DNA of 62,559 nt from Candidatus Woesearchaeota archaeon. Its GTDB lineage: Archaea; Nanobdellota; Nanobdellia; Woesearchaeales; GW2011-AR4. The position numbers were made by a program, and so were the translations under genes. A model generated the notes under the pieces. It was not told the origin of the DNA. It saw only the letters and a program-made list of their open reading frames with translations, and ran no database searches. Positions 21,210-31,771 of this stretch are shown here, in pieces (position 1 is the stretch's first letter; every line of letters begins with the position of its first letter). Location: NCBI GenBank assembly GCA_002688775.1, contig NZDH01000017.1, forward strand, positions 1 through 62,559, read 5' to 3'.

Positions 21210-23150
21210 ATGAAAATTTTTTTTGCGAGCCAATCTTTTTATCCGCATATTGGCGGTGTATCGACCTACCTGCTTAATCTAGCTAGAGGCCTGATCAAAA
21301 GAGGGCATGAAGTAATTGAAGTACATTTAAGGCCTCCAAACGAGCCAAGCGAAGAAACAGTCAAAGGCATAAAAGTTTTTAGAATTCCAAAAGAGCCATT
21401 AAACGAGGAATTGCTAAAGGGTTACAGCAATTTCAAGGAAAGAATTTACAAAGAATGTCATGGTGAAGGGGAACTATTCCAAAAAGAACCATTGATGACA
21501 TTTGGATATGATGATTATGATCAAATCAATTTGCTCATAGGTAAACAAATTGAGGAACTTCTTGAAGAAAATCCAACTGAAGTTGTTGATATTCATGATT
21601 TCCAGCTTCTTCTTATCCATAGAAATATACCAAGAGGGATTCCTATTTTACTGAGATGGCACATCCCGTTCATAGACTCTATTTCTAACCATTTAAAGGA
21701 ATTTCTGATCAAGAATATGAAGGAATTTGATATGGTTGTTTTTTCAAGCCAAGAATATGCAGAATCTGCGATAAAAGCTGGTCTGCCTGCTCATAAAACT
21801 GCAATTATTTACCCTCTTGCAAACACCGCCTTATTCAAGCCAAAAAGAGTCGGAAACAGGATAAGGGATAAGTATAATGTCCCAAGAGACTATAAACTCA
21901 TCATCTGCGTGCAAAGAATTGACCCAAAAAGCGGCCATATACAACTGATAAAAGCACTGCCAAAAATAATTGAAAAATATCCCAAAGTCAAGCTTATGTT
22001 TGTAGGCGGCAAATCATTGACAAGCAAAATCTCGCAGGAAAGGGCAAAATATGAAAATGAAGTGTATGATCTTATAAAAAACCTTAATCTGGAAAACAAT
22101 ATAATCTTTACAGGCAGCATCGATTATGAAAAAGTCCCCTTGTATTACAATTCTGCTGATATAGCTGCATTAACATCCAAAAATGAAGGTTTTGGACTTG
22201 CTGTGACAGAAGCAATGGCATGCGGAAAGCCAATTATTGGCACAAATGTGACGGGGATTGCGTTGCAGGTTGAAGACGGGGTAAATGGATATCTTGTAGG
22301 AGTGGGCGATCACGAAAAAACAGCAGAAAAAATCTTGCAGCTTTTAACAAATGACGAACTTAGATTAAAGATGGGCAAAGAAAGCTTAAGAATTGTAAAA
22401 TCTAAATTTGACATTTCAAAGGGAATTGACAAGCATTATCAACTCTATAGGAATCTTATCAAGGAAAAAAGCGACTGGCGGTTGGAAAGAATTAAGCTGG
22501 AAGATGTATCGGCAATAATAACGGATTTTGACCGAACAATAACGGATGAACCTGGAGTAGTTAATGAAATGATCTTGAAAGAGCTTGACTCATTAAACAA
22601 GCCCCTTATTTTAGTGACGGGAAGGTCAATAGACTATGTCAAAAATTTTTACAAGAAATACCCTATCTGGGACTGCATAATAGCAGAAAATGGCACTTAC
22701 ATTTATTTTCCCAACAACCAGCTTAGCTGGAAATTCACTTCAGACAAGTTAGAGGAAGCAAAACGAATTTTGACTAATAATAAGTTTCCAGCAAATATTG
22801 TAGATGGATTAATAAGCGTCTCAAAATTGCTGGAACCAAGATTAATGGAAGTCCTAGCTGACATAAAAGATCAGCTTGGATTTAAGACAAATGTTGATGA
22901 AGTCATGATAATTCCAGTTGGCATTGACAAGGGCGTAAGCGTGAAACTTGTATTGAATTACATGGGAATTAATCCAAAAAACACAATAATAATGGGAGAT
23001 GGAGAAAACGACATAGATTTATTCACCACCCCTGGCTATAAAATAGCTGTGGCAAATGCAGCTGATCGCCTGAAGATGCTTGCAGATGAAGTGACAAAAA
23101 AGCCATCCACAAAAGGTGTTATAGAAGTTATAGAAAAGTTAAGGATGTAA
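21210..23150 (+). CDS. GT4 glycosyltransferase fused to a HAD-IIB phosphatase
   Basis: GGV, EGFGLAVTEAMACGKP; C-terminal DFDRT, VTGR, DKG, GDGEND. Confidence 0.85.
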   Translation: MKIFFASQSFYPHIGGVSTYLLNLARGLIKRGHEVIEVHLRPPNEPSEETVKGIKVFRIPKEPLNEELLKGYSNFKERIYKECHGEGELFQKEPLMTFGYDDYDQINLLIGKQIEELLEENPTEVVDIHDFQLLLIHRNIPRGIPILLRWHIPFIDSISNHLKEFLIKNMKEFDMVVFSSQEYAESAIKAGLPAHKTAIIYPLANTALFKPKRVGNRIRDKYNVPRDYKLIICVQRIDPKSGHIQLIKALPKIIEKYPKVKLMFVGGKSLTSKISQERAKYENEVYDLIKNLNLENNIIFTGSIDYEKVPLYYNSADIAALTSKNEGFGLAVTEAMACGKPIIGTNVTGIALQVEDGVNGYLVGVGDHEKTAEKILQLLTNDELRLKMGKESLRIVKSKFDISKGIDKHYQLYRNLIKEKSDWRLERIKLEDVSAIITDFDRTITDEPGVVNEMILKELDSLNKPLILVTGRSIDYVKNFYKKYPIWDCIIAENGTYIYFPNNQLSWKFTSDKLEEAKRILTNNKFPANIVDGLISVSKLLEPRLMEVLADIKDQLGFKTNVDEVMIIPVGIDKGVSVKLVLNYMGINPKNTIIMGDGENDIDLFTTPGYKIAVANAADRLKMLADEVTKKPSTKGVIEVIEKLRM

Positions 23151-23193
23151 TCATAAGCTTTTTATAGGACTTATTTGATACTACAAGAATAAA

Positions 23194-24267
23194 ATGGGAG
23201 TAATAACAGATTACATTAATAAATATCTAAGTGCAGGTATTTTGGGCAGTATTGGGGCAGAATACCTGACATTCCTTGGAGTTTTTATAGCATCATTGAT
23301 TGTTTTGAAGATATTTAAGATTTATATCATTTCTTACCTAAAAAAGCTTGCCAGAAAAAGCAAGACAAAGCTTGACGATATTACCATTAGCTTTATTGAC
23401 AAAATTAAGTGGAAATCTTATGTTGTTATTGCCTTCATTATATCATCAAAGACACTTACTTTGCATGCGTTAGTTGACAAAGTGTTGAATTATGTTCTTT
23501 TAATCACTGTGGTATACTTAGGTGTTAAATTCTTAGGTGAAATCATAAATCATTATACTGAAAAGCAAATCCAAAGGGCATTAAAAGGTAACGAAGATGA
23601 AGACACGACATTAATTTCAGTTTTAGGCAGAATGGCCTACGCTATAGTCTGGATTTTGGCTTTTCTGTTATTATTATCTAACTTTGGCATCAATATAACT
23701 TCTTTAATTGCCGGTCTTGGAATCGGAGGCATAGCCATTGCTTTTGCTCTGCAAAGCATCCTGCAGGACCTGTTCAGTTCATTTACCATATACTTTGACA
23801 AGCCGTTCAAAAAAGGTGATTTCATAATAATAGGCTCTGACATGGGTGTAATCAAACATATTGGCATAAAAAGCACCAGAGTACAGACATTACAGGGGCA
23901 AGAGCTAGTAGTTTCTAACAGGGAATTGACCAGTACCAGGATCAATAACTACAAAAAGATGCAGAAACGAAGGATTTTGTTCAATTTTGGCGTTGAATAT
24001 GGCACAAGTACAAAGAAATTAAAGGCTATCAACACAATTGTAAGGGATGTGTTCAAGAACATTAAATTGGCAACTTTAGACAGAGTGCATTTTAAGGATT
24101 TTGGGGACTTTAGCCTTAATTATGAAGTTGTATATTATTTAAATACAAACGATTATAATAAATACATGGACACTCAAGAGCAGATAAATCTTGGAATCAA
24201 AGACAGATTTGAAAAGCAGGGCATAGAAATGGCATTCCCAACACAAACGATTCATGTCAAGAAATAG
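23194..24267 (+). CDS. mscS: Small-conductance mechanosensitive channel
   Basis: SLIAGLGIGGIAIAFALQ, DKPFKKGD, GIEMAFPT. Confidence 0.92.
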   Translation: MGVITDYINKYLSAGILGSIGAEYLTFLGVFIASLIVLKIFKIYIISYLKKLARKSKTKLDDITISFIDKIKWKSYVVIAFIISSKTLTLHALVDKVLNYVLLITVVYLGVKFLGEIINHYTEKQIQRALKGNEDEDTTLISVLGRMAYAIVWILAFLLLLSNFGINITSLIAGLGIGGIAIAFALQSILQDLFSSFTIYFDKPFKKGDFIIIGSDMGVIKHIGIKSTRVQTLQGQELVVSNRELTSTRINNYKKMQKRRILFNFGVEYGTSTKKLKAINTIVRDVFKNIKLATLDRVHFKDFGDFSLNYEVVYYLNTNDYNKYMDTQEQINLGIKDRFEKQGIEMAFPTQTIHVKK

Positions 24268-24338
24268 ATTTGCAGTTTTCTTTCAGTAAATGTTTTTTTT
24301 GCAATAAATTTTTATATAAGCTATATTCTTACAAAATT

Positions 24339-25208
24339 ATGCCAAGAATATTCTTTGATAAGGAAAAAATCCTTAAAGCCAGCGATATATCGCATAAAAA
24401 GGAAATCAGGAAAAATTTCCCGAAAATATTCTTTGATCCTGAGCATTTTGAAGCTTACGAAAAAATATTCTCTGATGTGGACATAATAGACGTGCACACC
24501 CATATAGGCCATGACAAAGACGGACATACCTTGGATGAGCAAAATTTCGTCAAAAAAATGAGGCAGGCTAAGATAAACCGTGCCATTGTGTTCCCTCTGA
24601 ACGAGCCGCTACGCCATAACTTCACAAAATCGAATGAGCGTGTCTTTAGATTTCATAAACAGTATCCTGACAGGATAATCCCTTTTTTCAGGCTAAAACC
24701 AAAATCAAAATGGGAAAAAGAATACGGGAGGAGGATAGCGCAGGGCTTTAAGGGCATTAAATTGCATCCAAGAAGCCAAAAGTTTGGAATTGCTTCACAT
24801 CCAGCTATGAGAGTTTATGAAAGGGCACAAGATGATGGCTTGCCAATACTTATCCATACCGGCTTTGGAATCGAAAACGTGGCAACTGATATCAAAAAAG
24901 TTGTTAAAACATTTCCAAAATTAAAATTGATATTAGGACATAGCGCTTTTGTAGATCTTGAAAATACAGCAAAATCTGTAGGGAAACGTGAGAATGTCTT
25001 ATTTGATACTTCAACAGTCGGAATCTTTGATTTATTGAAGCTAATAACAACCGTGGATTACAGAAAAATTGTTTTTGGCTCAGATGTTCCTTATTACGAT
25101 TTTGACGTTGCACTAGAGATGCTGGTTGATACTGCAATAATATGCAACAAAAATCCAAACCATATCAGAGCAATACTAGGCGGAAATTTATCAAAGTGGT
25201 TTAAATGA
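24339..25208 (+). CDS. Amidohydrolase_2 family metal-dependent hydrolase
   Basis: IIDVHTH, GIKLHP, ILIHTG, ILGH, FGSDVP. Confidence 0.85.
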   Translation: MPRIFFDKEKILKASDISHKKEIRKNFPKIFFDPEHFEAYEKIFSDVDIIDVHTHIGHDKDGHTLDEQNFVKKMRQAKINRAIVFPLNEPLRHNFTKSNERVFRFHKQYPDRIIPFFRLKPKSKWEKEYGRRIAQGFKGIKLHPRSQKFGIASHPAMRVYERAQDDGLPILIHTGFGIENVATDIKKVVKTFPKLKLILGHSAFVDLENTAKSVGKRENVLFDTSTVGIFDLLKLITTVDYRKIVFGSDVPYYDFDVALEMLVDTAIICNKNPNHIRAILGGNLSKWFK

Positions 25209-25663
25209 AAATAACCAAACATCTGGATGCTATAGGACTTTCGCATATTAAAAAAATTAGAATGCCTGAAGGCCTGGATACATTAGGATTCGCCAACTTC
25301 ACAAAATTGTTGGATTATATCATGCCTGAAAAGGAAAGAAGGCAAAGCGAGATCATCATCAGCTATATCAGAATTTACACACATTTAAACACTTCATTCA
25401 ACTTATTGAACAAACAAACCTGCAGAAGAGCGATTGAATATCTTTCAATGACCAAAAAAATCATAAAAAACACAAGTTTCAGAGAAGAAAAACCTTACTT
25501 TAGAAGACTTTTGAGGATTCTAAATTTTGTCATAAGAAATAAAAAATCAATCATCTCAGACATAAAAAAGGACGAAACATCCGACCCTTACCACGTCAAA
25601 ACATCAGTTTTACTGGCGCAGAATATATGCATCCTAAGAATTTTGAAGATAAATAAGCACTAA
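25205..25663 (+). CDS. Hypothetical protein
   Basis: Start overlaps the upstream stop (translational coupling). Confidence 0.6.
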   Translation: MKITKHLDAIGLSHIKKIRMPEGLDTLGFANFTKLLDYIMPEKERRQSEIIISYIRIYTHLNTSFNLLNKQTCRRAIEYLSMTKKIIKNTSFREEKPYFRRLLRILNFVIRNKKSIISDIKKDETSDPYHVKTSVLLAQNICILRILKINKH

Positions 25664-25667
25664 TTCC

Positions 25668-26927
25668 CTACCTTATCAGCATTCTCTTCAATTCTCTTGC
25701 AGCTTTGATGACATCATCTGCAACGGATGTTGTATAAGTATCTATAATATGTAAATTATCATAAAGTTGTCTTGTGATTAAAAAATTCTTCCTGATATGT
25801 TCTCTTGCGTTAATACCCATCCTTTCTCTCAGCTTGTCATTTTTAATCAGCTTGACGCACCAATCAGATGCTTCTGTTGAATTATCAATCAACGCGCCTG
25901 TTTTTTTTGGAATTACCTGAAGCGGAATTCCCCCTGCTTTTGTTGCAACAACAGGGGTTCCTTTCCATAAGGCCTCTGTAACAACCAACCCAAAACCTTC
26001 TCTTTTTGAATTTTGAATTACAACATGAGATTCGCTTTGCAGGGCATTAACAAGCAGGTCATCCTTGTTTGTTATTATATGGACATCTTTCATTTTTTCG
26101 GCTTGTTTAACGACTTTGCTGTAGATTTTAGGGCCTTCTGGATCATCAGAAGCCATATCCCCCATTAGAACCAGTTGTGCATCAATTTTTGCTCTGACTT
26201 TCTTGAATATTTGGATAACACCTAATGGGTTCTTCCATTTGTCGAATCTGGAAACTTGAGTAATTATCGGTTTATTTAATGATATTCCTTCTTTTGAAAT
26301 TAATTTCTTGGCAAAACTATTAGAAATCTTTTTGTTTTTCATAGACAATGGGTCAATCGACGGCGGAACAATGATTTGCGGAATATGGAGGTCCCTTTTA
26401 AGATATTTTTTCATTGAAAAAACAGCACCATCATATTGCTTGGCAAAATCTTTTAAAAAAGACCATACTTTCTTGTTTGCATGATTGATTTCCAAATGAC
26501 CTCTCCAAATCCAAGGCTGCTTTTTTCTAACATTAAATTTTATCAAACCAAGAGGCTGGGGATCATGGATAAAAACCAAATCATGCTCGCGAAAATGATG
26601 CATTAAGGAATTTCTTTCAAGCTCATCAAGATAAATCCTTTTATCTTTTTCTGTAAAGCTGACTTTCTCGCCCTGCAAACCATTATGGAATTTTTTGGTA
26701 ACATCAAAAAATGAGTGGGTTCCTTTCAAAAGCCGCCAATCAGTTTTTATACCGAGCCTGTTCATCAAGACTACCATGCTGTTTAAAATCTCAGCAACTC
26801 CGCCTCCGGAATAAGTAGAATTAACATTGACAACGTGCTTGTCTTCTAGCTTTACAGCTAAATCCTTGATCTTTTCTATCACCTCTTTTCCAACAAACTG
26901 CTCGTAATCCTCTATCTTAGGAAGCAT
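25668..26927 (-). CDS. treT: Trehalose synthase, glycosyl-transferring (TreT-like)
   Basis: VNSTYSGGGVAEIL, IHDPQP, QVSRFDKWK, DDPEG, EGFGLVVTEALWKG. Confidence 0.88.
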   Translation of the reverse strand: MLPKIEDYEQFVGKEVIEKIKDLAVKLEDKHVVNVNSTYSGGGVAEILNSMVVLMNRLGIKTDWRLLKGTHSFFDVTKKFHNGLQGEKVSFTEKDKRIYLDELERNSLMHHFREHDLVFIHDPQPLGLIKFNVRKKQPWIWRGHLEINHANKKVWSFLKDFAKQYDGAVFSMKKYLKRDLHIPQIIVPPSIDPLSMKNKKISNSFAKKLISKEGISLNKPIITQVSRFDKWKNPLGVIQIFKKVRAKIDAQLVLMGDMASDDPEGPKIYSKVVKQAEKMKDVHIITNKDDLLVNALQSESHVVIQNSKREGFGLVVTEALWKGTPVVATKAGGIPLQVIPKKTGALIDNSTEASDWCVKLIKNDKLRERMGINAREHIRKNFLITRQLYDNLHIIDTYTTSVADDVIKAARELKRMLIR

Positions 26928-26976
26928 AAGCGAAAAATATAAGAAAGGATATATATACTTTTTTATATTGGATTGG

Positions 26977-26996
26977 TAGTATACAGCTGTATACTA
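26977..26996. promoter_or_regulatory. Perfect 20-bp palindrome in the divergent treT/GCS2 promoter region
   Basis: TAGTATACAGCTGTATACTA. Confidence 0.6.
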
Positions 26997-27013
26997 ATAA
27001 TTATATAAAATTA

Positions 27014-28363
27014 TTGCAGTACTTAATACCTATGCCGCAGCAAAAAAGAACACTAAAGAGATCTATGACTGGGTTTGAGGTAGAGTTATTTACAATCAAT
27101 AGAAAAGGAATGATGGTCGATATGGCTGACAAGCTATTGAAAAAAGCAAGAAGTGATAAAAATTTGGCTGTCAAAGAAGAAATTGGGCTTAATCAGATAG
27201 AGATAGCATGTCTACCCAATGAAAAAATTCCTAACGCCATGGACAATCTTTTGAAAGAGGTTGAATATCTGGTCTCTATTGCTGAAAAAGAAGACACGCT
27301 TCTGTGCCCTTTGGGAAATTATCCAGGCAAGATCAATCCCGATATGCGAAGTACTCCGAAGTATGATATTAAAAGAGATATTATAGGAAAAGAGAGGTAC
27401 AAAATAGAGGCAAGAGCCATCGGTTTTCATAGCCATTACACATTGCCAAGGGGAATATTTGATTTTGAGCTTAGGGTTCTAAAGCTGCTTGTTAAATCCA
27501 AGATTAAAGACAGTTTTGTAAACAGCTATAATTTTCTGATTGCTGCTGATCCTGCTTTGACCTGTTTCATGCAATCTTCTCCTTTTTATCAGGGAAAACA
27601 TATCGGAAAGGATTCCAGGATGATAATGTACAGGGGAGGGCCACACTTAAACAACAAAAGCGGGCTTTATGCAAATTTTGAGGAATTTGGCGGATTGCCG
27701 CCATACAAGGCAACAGCCCTTGACATAATGGACATCATAACAACGAGATTTGAAAAATGGAAATCTTACATAAAGGCTTTGGGCCTTAATATCAAAGTAC
27801 TGTCCACTTATGGGTCTATCTTGTATACAACTTGGGCTCCAATAAGAGTGACTCCGCATGGAACGCTAGAACAAAGAGGCATGGACATGAACCACCCAAT
27901 ATACATAGCTGGGATTGGTACAATCATAAAGCATTTATTAAAAAAAATGCAGGAGGAATTTTATACTGTTGTCCCATCGGAAATTGGCATAAAGGAGCCG
28001 TTCAAAGTTGAAGGTGACACTATTTACATCCCGCCTTACCCTTATGTAAGAAACGAATTGCAAAAACTTTCTGCCTACAAAGGGTTGGATAGTCCTATAA
28101 TACTTGACTATTGCAAACGATTTTTAAAGCTTGCGAGCTCCACCATGCCAAAGGATCGCTTAAAATTGATTGAACCGTTTAAAGAAATGATAAATAAGAA
28201 AAAAACTGTTTCTGATGAGATCCTGGACTTTGCCAAAAAAAGGGGATTTAGGAAAAATAGTGAATTGTCAAACAAGCTTGCTGCAGAGATTGCATTAAAC
28301 CACTCAGAAAGGCTTTTTAGGGAGATTATATTCACAAGAAATCTTATTAAGGATATGAACTGA
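27014..28363 (+). CDS. Glutamate-cysteine ligase family 2 (carboxylate-amine ligase)
   Basis: TGFEVELF, QIEI, GFHSH, SSPFYQG, HGTLEQRGMD; start may be 27032. Confidence 0.7.
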   Translation: MQYLIPMPQQKRTLKRSMTGFEVELFTINRKGMMVDMADKLLKKARSDKNLAVKEEIGLNQIEIACLPNEKIPNAMDNLLKEVEYLVSIAEKEDTLLCPLGNYPGKINPDMRSTPKYDIKRDIIGKERYKIEARAIGFHSHYTLPRGIFDFELRVLKLLVKSKIKDSFVNSYNFLIAADPALTCFMQSSPFYQGKHIGKDSRMIMYRGGPHLNNKSGLYANFEEFGGLPPYKATALDIMDIITTRFEKWKSYIKALGLNIKVLSTYGSILYTTWAPIRVTPHGTLEQRGMDMNHPIYIAGIGTIIKHLLKKMQEEFYTVVPSEIGIKEPFKVEGDTIYIPPYPYVRNELQKLSAYKGLDSPIILDYCKRFLKLASSTMPKDRLKLIEPFKEMINKKKTVSDEILDFAKKRGFRKNSELSNKLAAEIALNHSERLFREIIFTRNLIKDMN

Positions 28364-28401
28364 TAAAAAGATTTAAATACAATTTATATAATTAACATGT
28401 T

Positions 28402-28719
28402 ATGCCTAAAAAGAAGAAGTCTGAAGTCAAGGATATCCTGAATAAGTATGTTCAGGATTTTCTATCGTTCTTATTAGTGACTCTTGAAGAAGGAACTGGC
28501 AGTTTATTCAAAAAATTCAGCAATTTGTTGAGTTTTAAGAGAAGGCTTCAGCATACTGTAGTAGCCTTGGTTATTTTGATTGCGGCTCTTGGCATAATTT
28601 TTTACGGGCTTGGATTGTTTTTGGAATCATTCTTCCCAAAATTAAGGCCCGGAATAATGCATATCTTGATTGGAGTTGTATTCATTTTGATTGCTTTAGC
28701 CTACAAGAAATACTATTAG
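28402..28719 (+). CDS. Small two-TM membrane protein
   Basis: Two C-terminal hydrophobic helices. Confidence 0.65.
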   Translation: MPKKKKSEVKDILNKYVQDFLSFLLVTLEEGTGSLFKKFSNLLSFKRRLQHTVVALVILIAALGIIFYGLGLFLESFFPKLRPGIMHILIGVVFILIALAYKKYY

Positions 28720-28720
28720 A

Positions 28721-29788
28721 ATGGCAGAAAGTCAAGGATATAGTCATATCGTGCACTTTTTCATATTTGCCCTAGCTATTTTCTTGTTTTTCAAGATAGT
28801 TGAGCCTTTGATTACAATTTTCCTGACGAGCATCATAATAACATATATCTCCTACCCCATCTATAAGGGCCTTAAAAAAAGGATACCTCATCAATTCACA
28901 TCGATCATTTTAACCATACTAGTTATCTTAATAATTCTTCTGCTGCCGTTTTCTTATCTGGTATTCCAGATTACACAGGAAAGCTTCCAGTTTTATGATT
29001 CGTTGAAAGGCAACATAGAAAAAGGCGCCTTATTCGGCTTCACTTGCAAAAGTGCTGATTCCACGGTTTGTCTTATGATAAACAAGGCAGAAGAAATCAG
29101 CGCCACTAGCCTTTCTGGAATTGGAGCAGACAAATACATACAAAAAGTTTTGTCCCGGATGGTTGAAGTAACCACAAACTACTTAGTCAAGATTCCTCAA
29201 GCTATCATTGGAATGGCACTGGCATTGTTTATTTCCTATTTTCTGTTTAGAGATGGCGAGAAGATAATGCAAAAAGTAACAAATTGGTTGCCTTTCAACA
29301 AGAAAAATGTAGACAAGCTTGTTGATCAATTCAAAAGGATAACCTATACCATTGTTTTCGCGCAATTGTTTGTTGCATTGATCCAGGGCATTATCGGAAT
29401 TATCGGATTCCTCATCTTTGGATTGCCCCTCGCAATTTTTTGGGGTGTAGTTATGGCCTTCTTCGCTTTAGTTCCGACAGTAGGGACGGCAGTCATATGG
29501 ATCCCTGCCTCGCTATTTTTAGTGATAACGGGGTTGCTTTCCGGCGATTACCTGACTGTCGGAAAAGGCATAGGATTGTTCGCTTATGGAATACTGGTAG
29601 TAAGTACAATAGATAATTTATTAAGGGTAAAAATAATACATTCAAAAGCCCAGGTGCACCCAATCATAGTGATTGTCGGTGTAATAGGTGGTGTCAATCT
29701 GTTTGGCGTAATAGGCTTGTTTTTGGGTCCGATTTTGCTTTCATTGCTATTGACATATTTCGGAAGTTTTAAAGACAGGTTTATGTGA
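28721..29788 (+). CDS. AI-2E family transporter
   Basis: YFLFRDG, FALVPTVGTAVIWIP, IDNLLR, GLFLGPILL. Confidence 0.9.
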   Translation: MAESQGYSHIVHFFIFALAIFLFFKIVEPLITIFLTSIIITYISYPIYKGLKKRIPHQFTSIILTILVILIILLLPFSYLVFQITQESFQFYDSLKGNIEKGALFGFTCKSADSTVCLMINKAEEISATSLSGIGADKYIQKVLSRMVEVTTNYLVKIPQAIIGMALALFISYFLFRDGEKIMQKVTNWLPFNKKNVDKLVDQFKRITYTIVFAQLFVALIQGIIGIIGFLIFGLPLAIFWGVVMAFFALVPTVGTAVIWIPASLFLVITGLLSGDYLTVGKGIGLFAYGILVVSTIDNLLRVKIIHSKAQVHPIIVIVGVIGGVNLFGVIGLFLGPILLSLLLTYFGSFKDRFM

Positions 29789-29857
29789 AGAAATGTAAAA
29801 AACCACCCGTCAGCGAAGTAGGGCTTAAGTTGAAATTGGATAAGCGGAGGTGAAACC

Positions 29858-30028
29858 ATGAAGAGGATAAAAAGAAATGTAAAAAAGGCTGTAAAAAGGG
29901 GCAGGAAACTGATCAAAAAAGTCTGGAAAGACCCAATGACCAGGGAGTATGTCTCACAGCAGAAAAGACTTGCAAAATCAACATTAAGAAAAGCGATCAA
30001 AAGGGCTAAGAAAAGGGTTAAGTTGTGA
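29858..30028 (+). CDS. Small, highly basic protein (56 aa)
   Basis: MKRIKRNVKKAVKRGRKLIKKVWKDPMTREY...; GGAGGTGA RBS; not in the ORF track. Confidence 0.7.
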   Translation: MKRIKRNVKKAVKRGRKLIKKVWKDPMTREYVSQQKRLAKSTLRKAIKRAKKRVKL

Positions 30029-30030
30029 TA

Positions 30031-31701
30031 TTATAATAAATTAAACTCCCTTTTCCACTTTTCACAGACCATTTCAGTCTTCTTAGCGGCAATTCCAATG
30101 TATTTCTCAGGTTTATTTATGATTTCAATCTGTTTTTTATTCAGTTTATTCAGATAAGGATGTATTGTCCTGTCTTTTTTAACCAACTCTATCAACGATT
30201 TCTTAGTCAATTGTGATTTCAAGGTCATTTCTCTTACATATTCATGCGCATCAGGATGTCCATTGGCAGCAAGTAAGATATAAAGCGGCTCTGCAACAAT
30301 CATTTGCTTGTTCAGATCAAAATTTCTTTGCATATTCGCTTTGTCAACTGCCAAGCTAGACATCACTTTATCCAATCTGGCAACAGAGACATAAAATCCA
30401 GCCAGGATTTCAGGAATAAATCTCATCGATGCAGAATTTGTCAAATCTCTTTGATGTTCTGAAATCTGGTCCATGTACATGGTCATCATTCTTGGCATTA
30501 TGGCTTTCCACATGCTTTTTACATTCTCAAAATTAATAGGGTTTCGTTTCTGCGGCATTGTCGATGAGCCAACTTGTTTTGCCTCAAAGAACTCGCCGAC
30601 TTCGCCAATTTCATTTCTTTGCAAATGCCGCATATCATCTGCCAAATTAGCGATTACACCAAAGGCAGAAACAACACTGTTAAGATAAGCGACAAAATAC
30701 TCTGATTCAACAATCTGTGTTGATATTGGCGATGCTTTCAAACCAAGCTCTTCCATGACTTCTTTTTCAAATTTAACTGGCTCATTGAAGAATAAAGAAG
30801 ATGCGTTATAAGCGCCAACAGCCCCTGACATTTTTCCCCTTAGATTATTGGAAGTTTTTCTTATCCTGGCAATAGAATGCCCAAATCTGCTTACATACTG
30901 GGCGATAGCAAAGCCAAATGTGATTGGCTCAGCATGCTGTCCGTGTGTTCTTCCTATCTGGATTGTATTTTTCTCCCTTAAAGCAAGATCAATCAGCGTT
31001 TTTTGAAATTTTAACAGCCCAGGAACAAGTATATTTTCAGTAAATTCCTTGTACCTCAACGCATCTGCTGTTGCAATGATATCGTAGCTTGTGGATGTAA
31101 AATGAACAAATGGTTTTGCTTCTTCACTTACCCTGTCCCTTATTGAGTTGGCCAGCGCCCTCATATTGTGCTTTATCCTGTCTTCTTCTACATAGACCTG
31201 CTCTGGAGTTACCTGCCTGCATGCTTTCTTTACTTCATCAGCTATTTTTTTAGAGCATACTTTATTTTTTGCAAGAACATTCGTAAGGGCAGATTCAACT
31301 TTAAGCGCATACTTGACAAAACCTGCTTCTGACAGATACGGCTGCAGTTTCTCAAAAATACCCTTATTTCTTCCGTAATACCTGAAATCAAGAGGGCTTA
31401 TCGCATGAAAAAGATTGATATTTTCAGAAACCATGCTTGGATCGACAGCTTTGTCGGCATTGACTATCTGGACTACCTGCCTCGCCAATTCATTTTGAAG
31501 ATTCAGGACAATGACTTTCCTGTTTTTCTCATTCACTTCCCTGACAATATCATTATTCTTGAAAATCCTGATGCATGCATGGACTTTGGCAGGAGAGCAC
31601 TTGATCCTGTCAGCAATCTCCCTTATGTGTAGTTTTTCCTTAGATAGAAGTTCAATTATCTGGATGTTTATCTTGGTGAAGATATTGGACAATTCGTTCA
31701 T
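30031..31701 (-). CDS. purB: Adenylosuccinate lyase with an N-terminal winged-helix domain
   Basis: LHIREIADRIKCSPAKVH HTH, then AISPLDFRY, GRTHGQHA, GSSTMPQKRNP. Confidence 0.9.
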   Translation of the reverse strand: MNELSNIFTKINIQIIELLSKEKLHIREIADRIKCSPAKVHACIRIFKNNDIVREVNEKNRKVIVLNLQNELARQVVQIVNADKAVDPSMVSENINLFHAISPLDFRYYGRNKGIFEKLQPYLSEAGFVKYALKVESALTNVLAKNKVCSKKIADEVKKACRQVTPEQVYVEEDRIKHNMRALANSIRDRVSEEAKPFVHFTSTSYDIIATADALRYKEFTENILVPGLLKFQKTLIDLALREKNTIQIGRTHGQHAEPITFGFAIAQYVSRFGHSIARIRKTSNNLRGKMSGAVGAYNASSLFFNEPVKFEKEVMEELGLKASPISTQIVESEYFVAYLNSVVSAFGVIANLADDMRHLQRNEIGEVGEFFEAKQVGSSTMPQKRNPINFENVKSMWKAIMPRMMTMYMDQISEHQRDLTNSASMRFIPEILAGFYVSVARLDKVMSSLAVDKANMQRNFDLNKQMIVAEPLYILLAANGHPDAHEYVREMTLKSQLTKKSLIELVKKDRTIHPYLNKLNKKQIEIINKPEKYIGIAAKKTEMVCEKWKREFNLL

Positions 31702-31769
31702 TTTACCCACCTTGTAGAAATCGTTCATTATTTATAAACCTTTCTATATTTTCAGGAAAATCGTTCATT
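31694..31769 (-). promoter_or_regulatory. Three AATGAACGA direct repeats around the purB promoter and start
   Basis: Copies at 31694-31702, 31721-31729 and 31761-31769 flanking GAAAGGTTTATAAATA. Confidence 0.55.
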
Positions 31770-31771
31770 AT

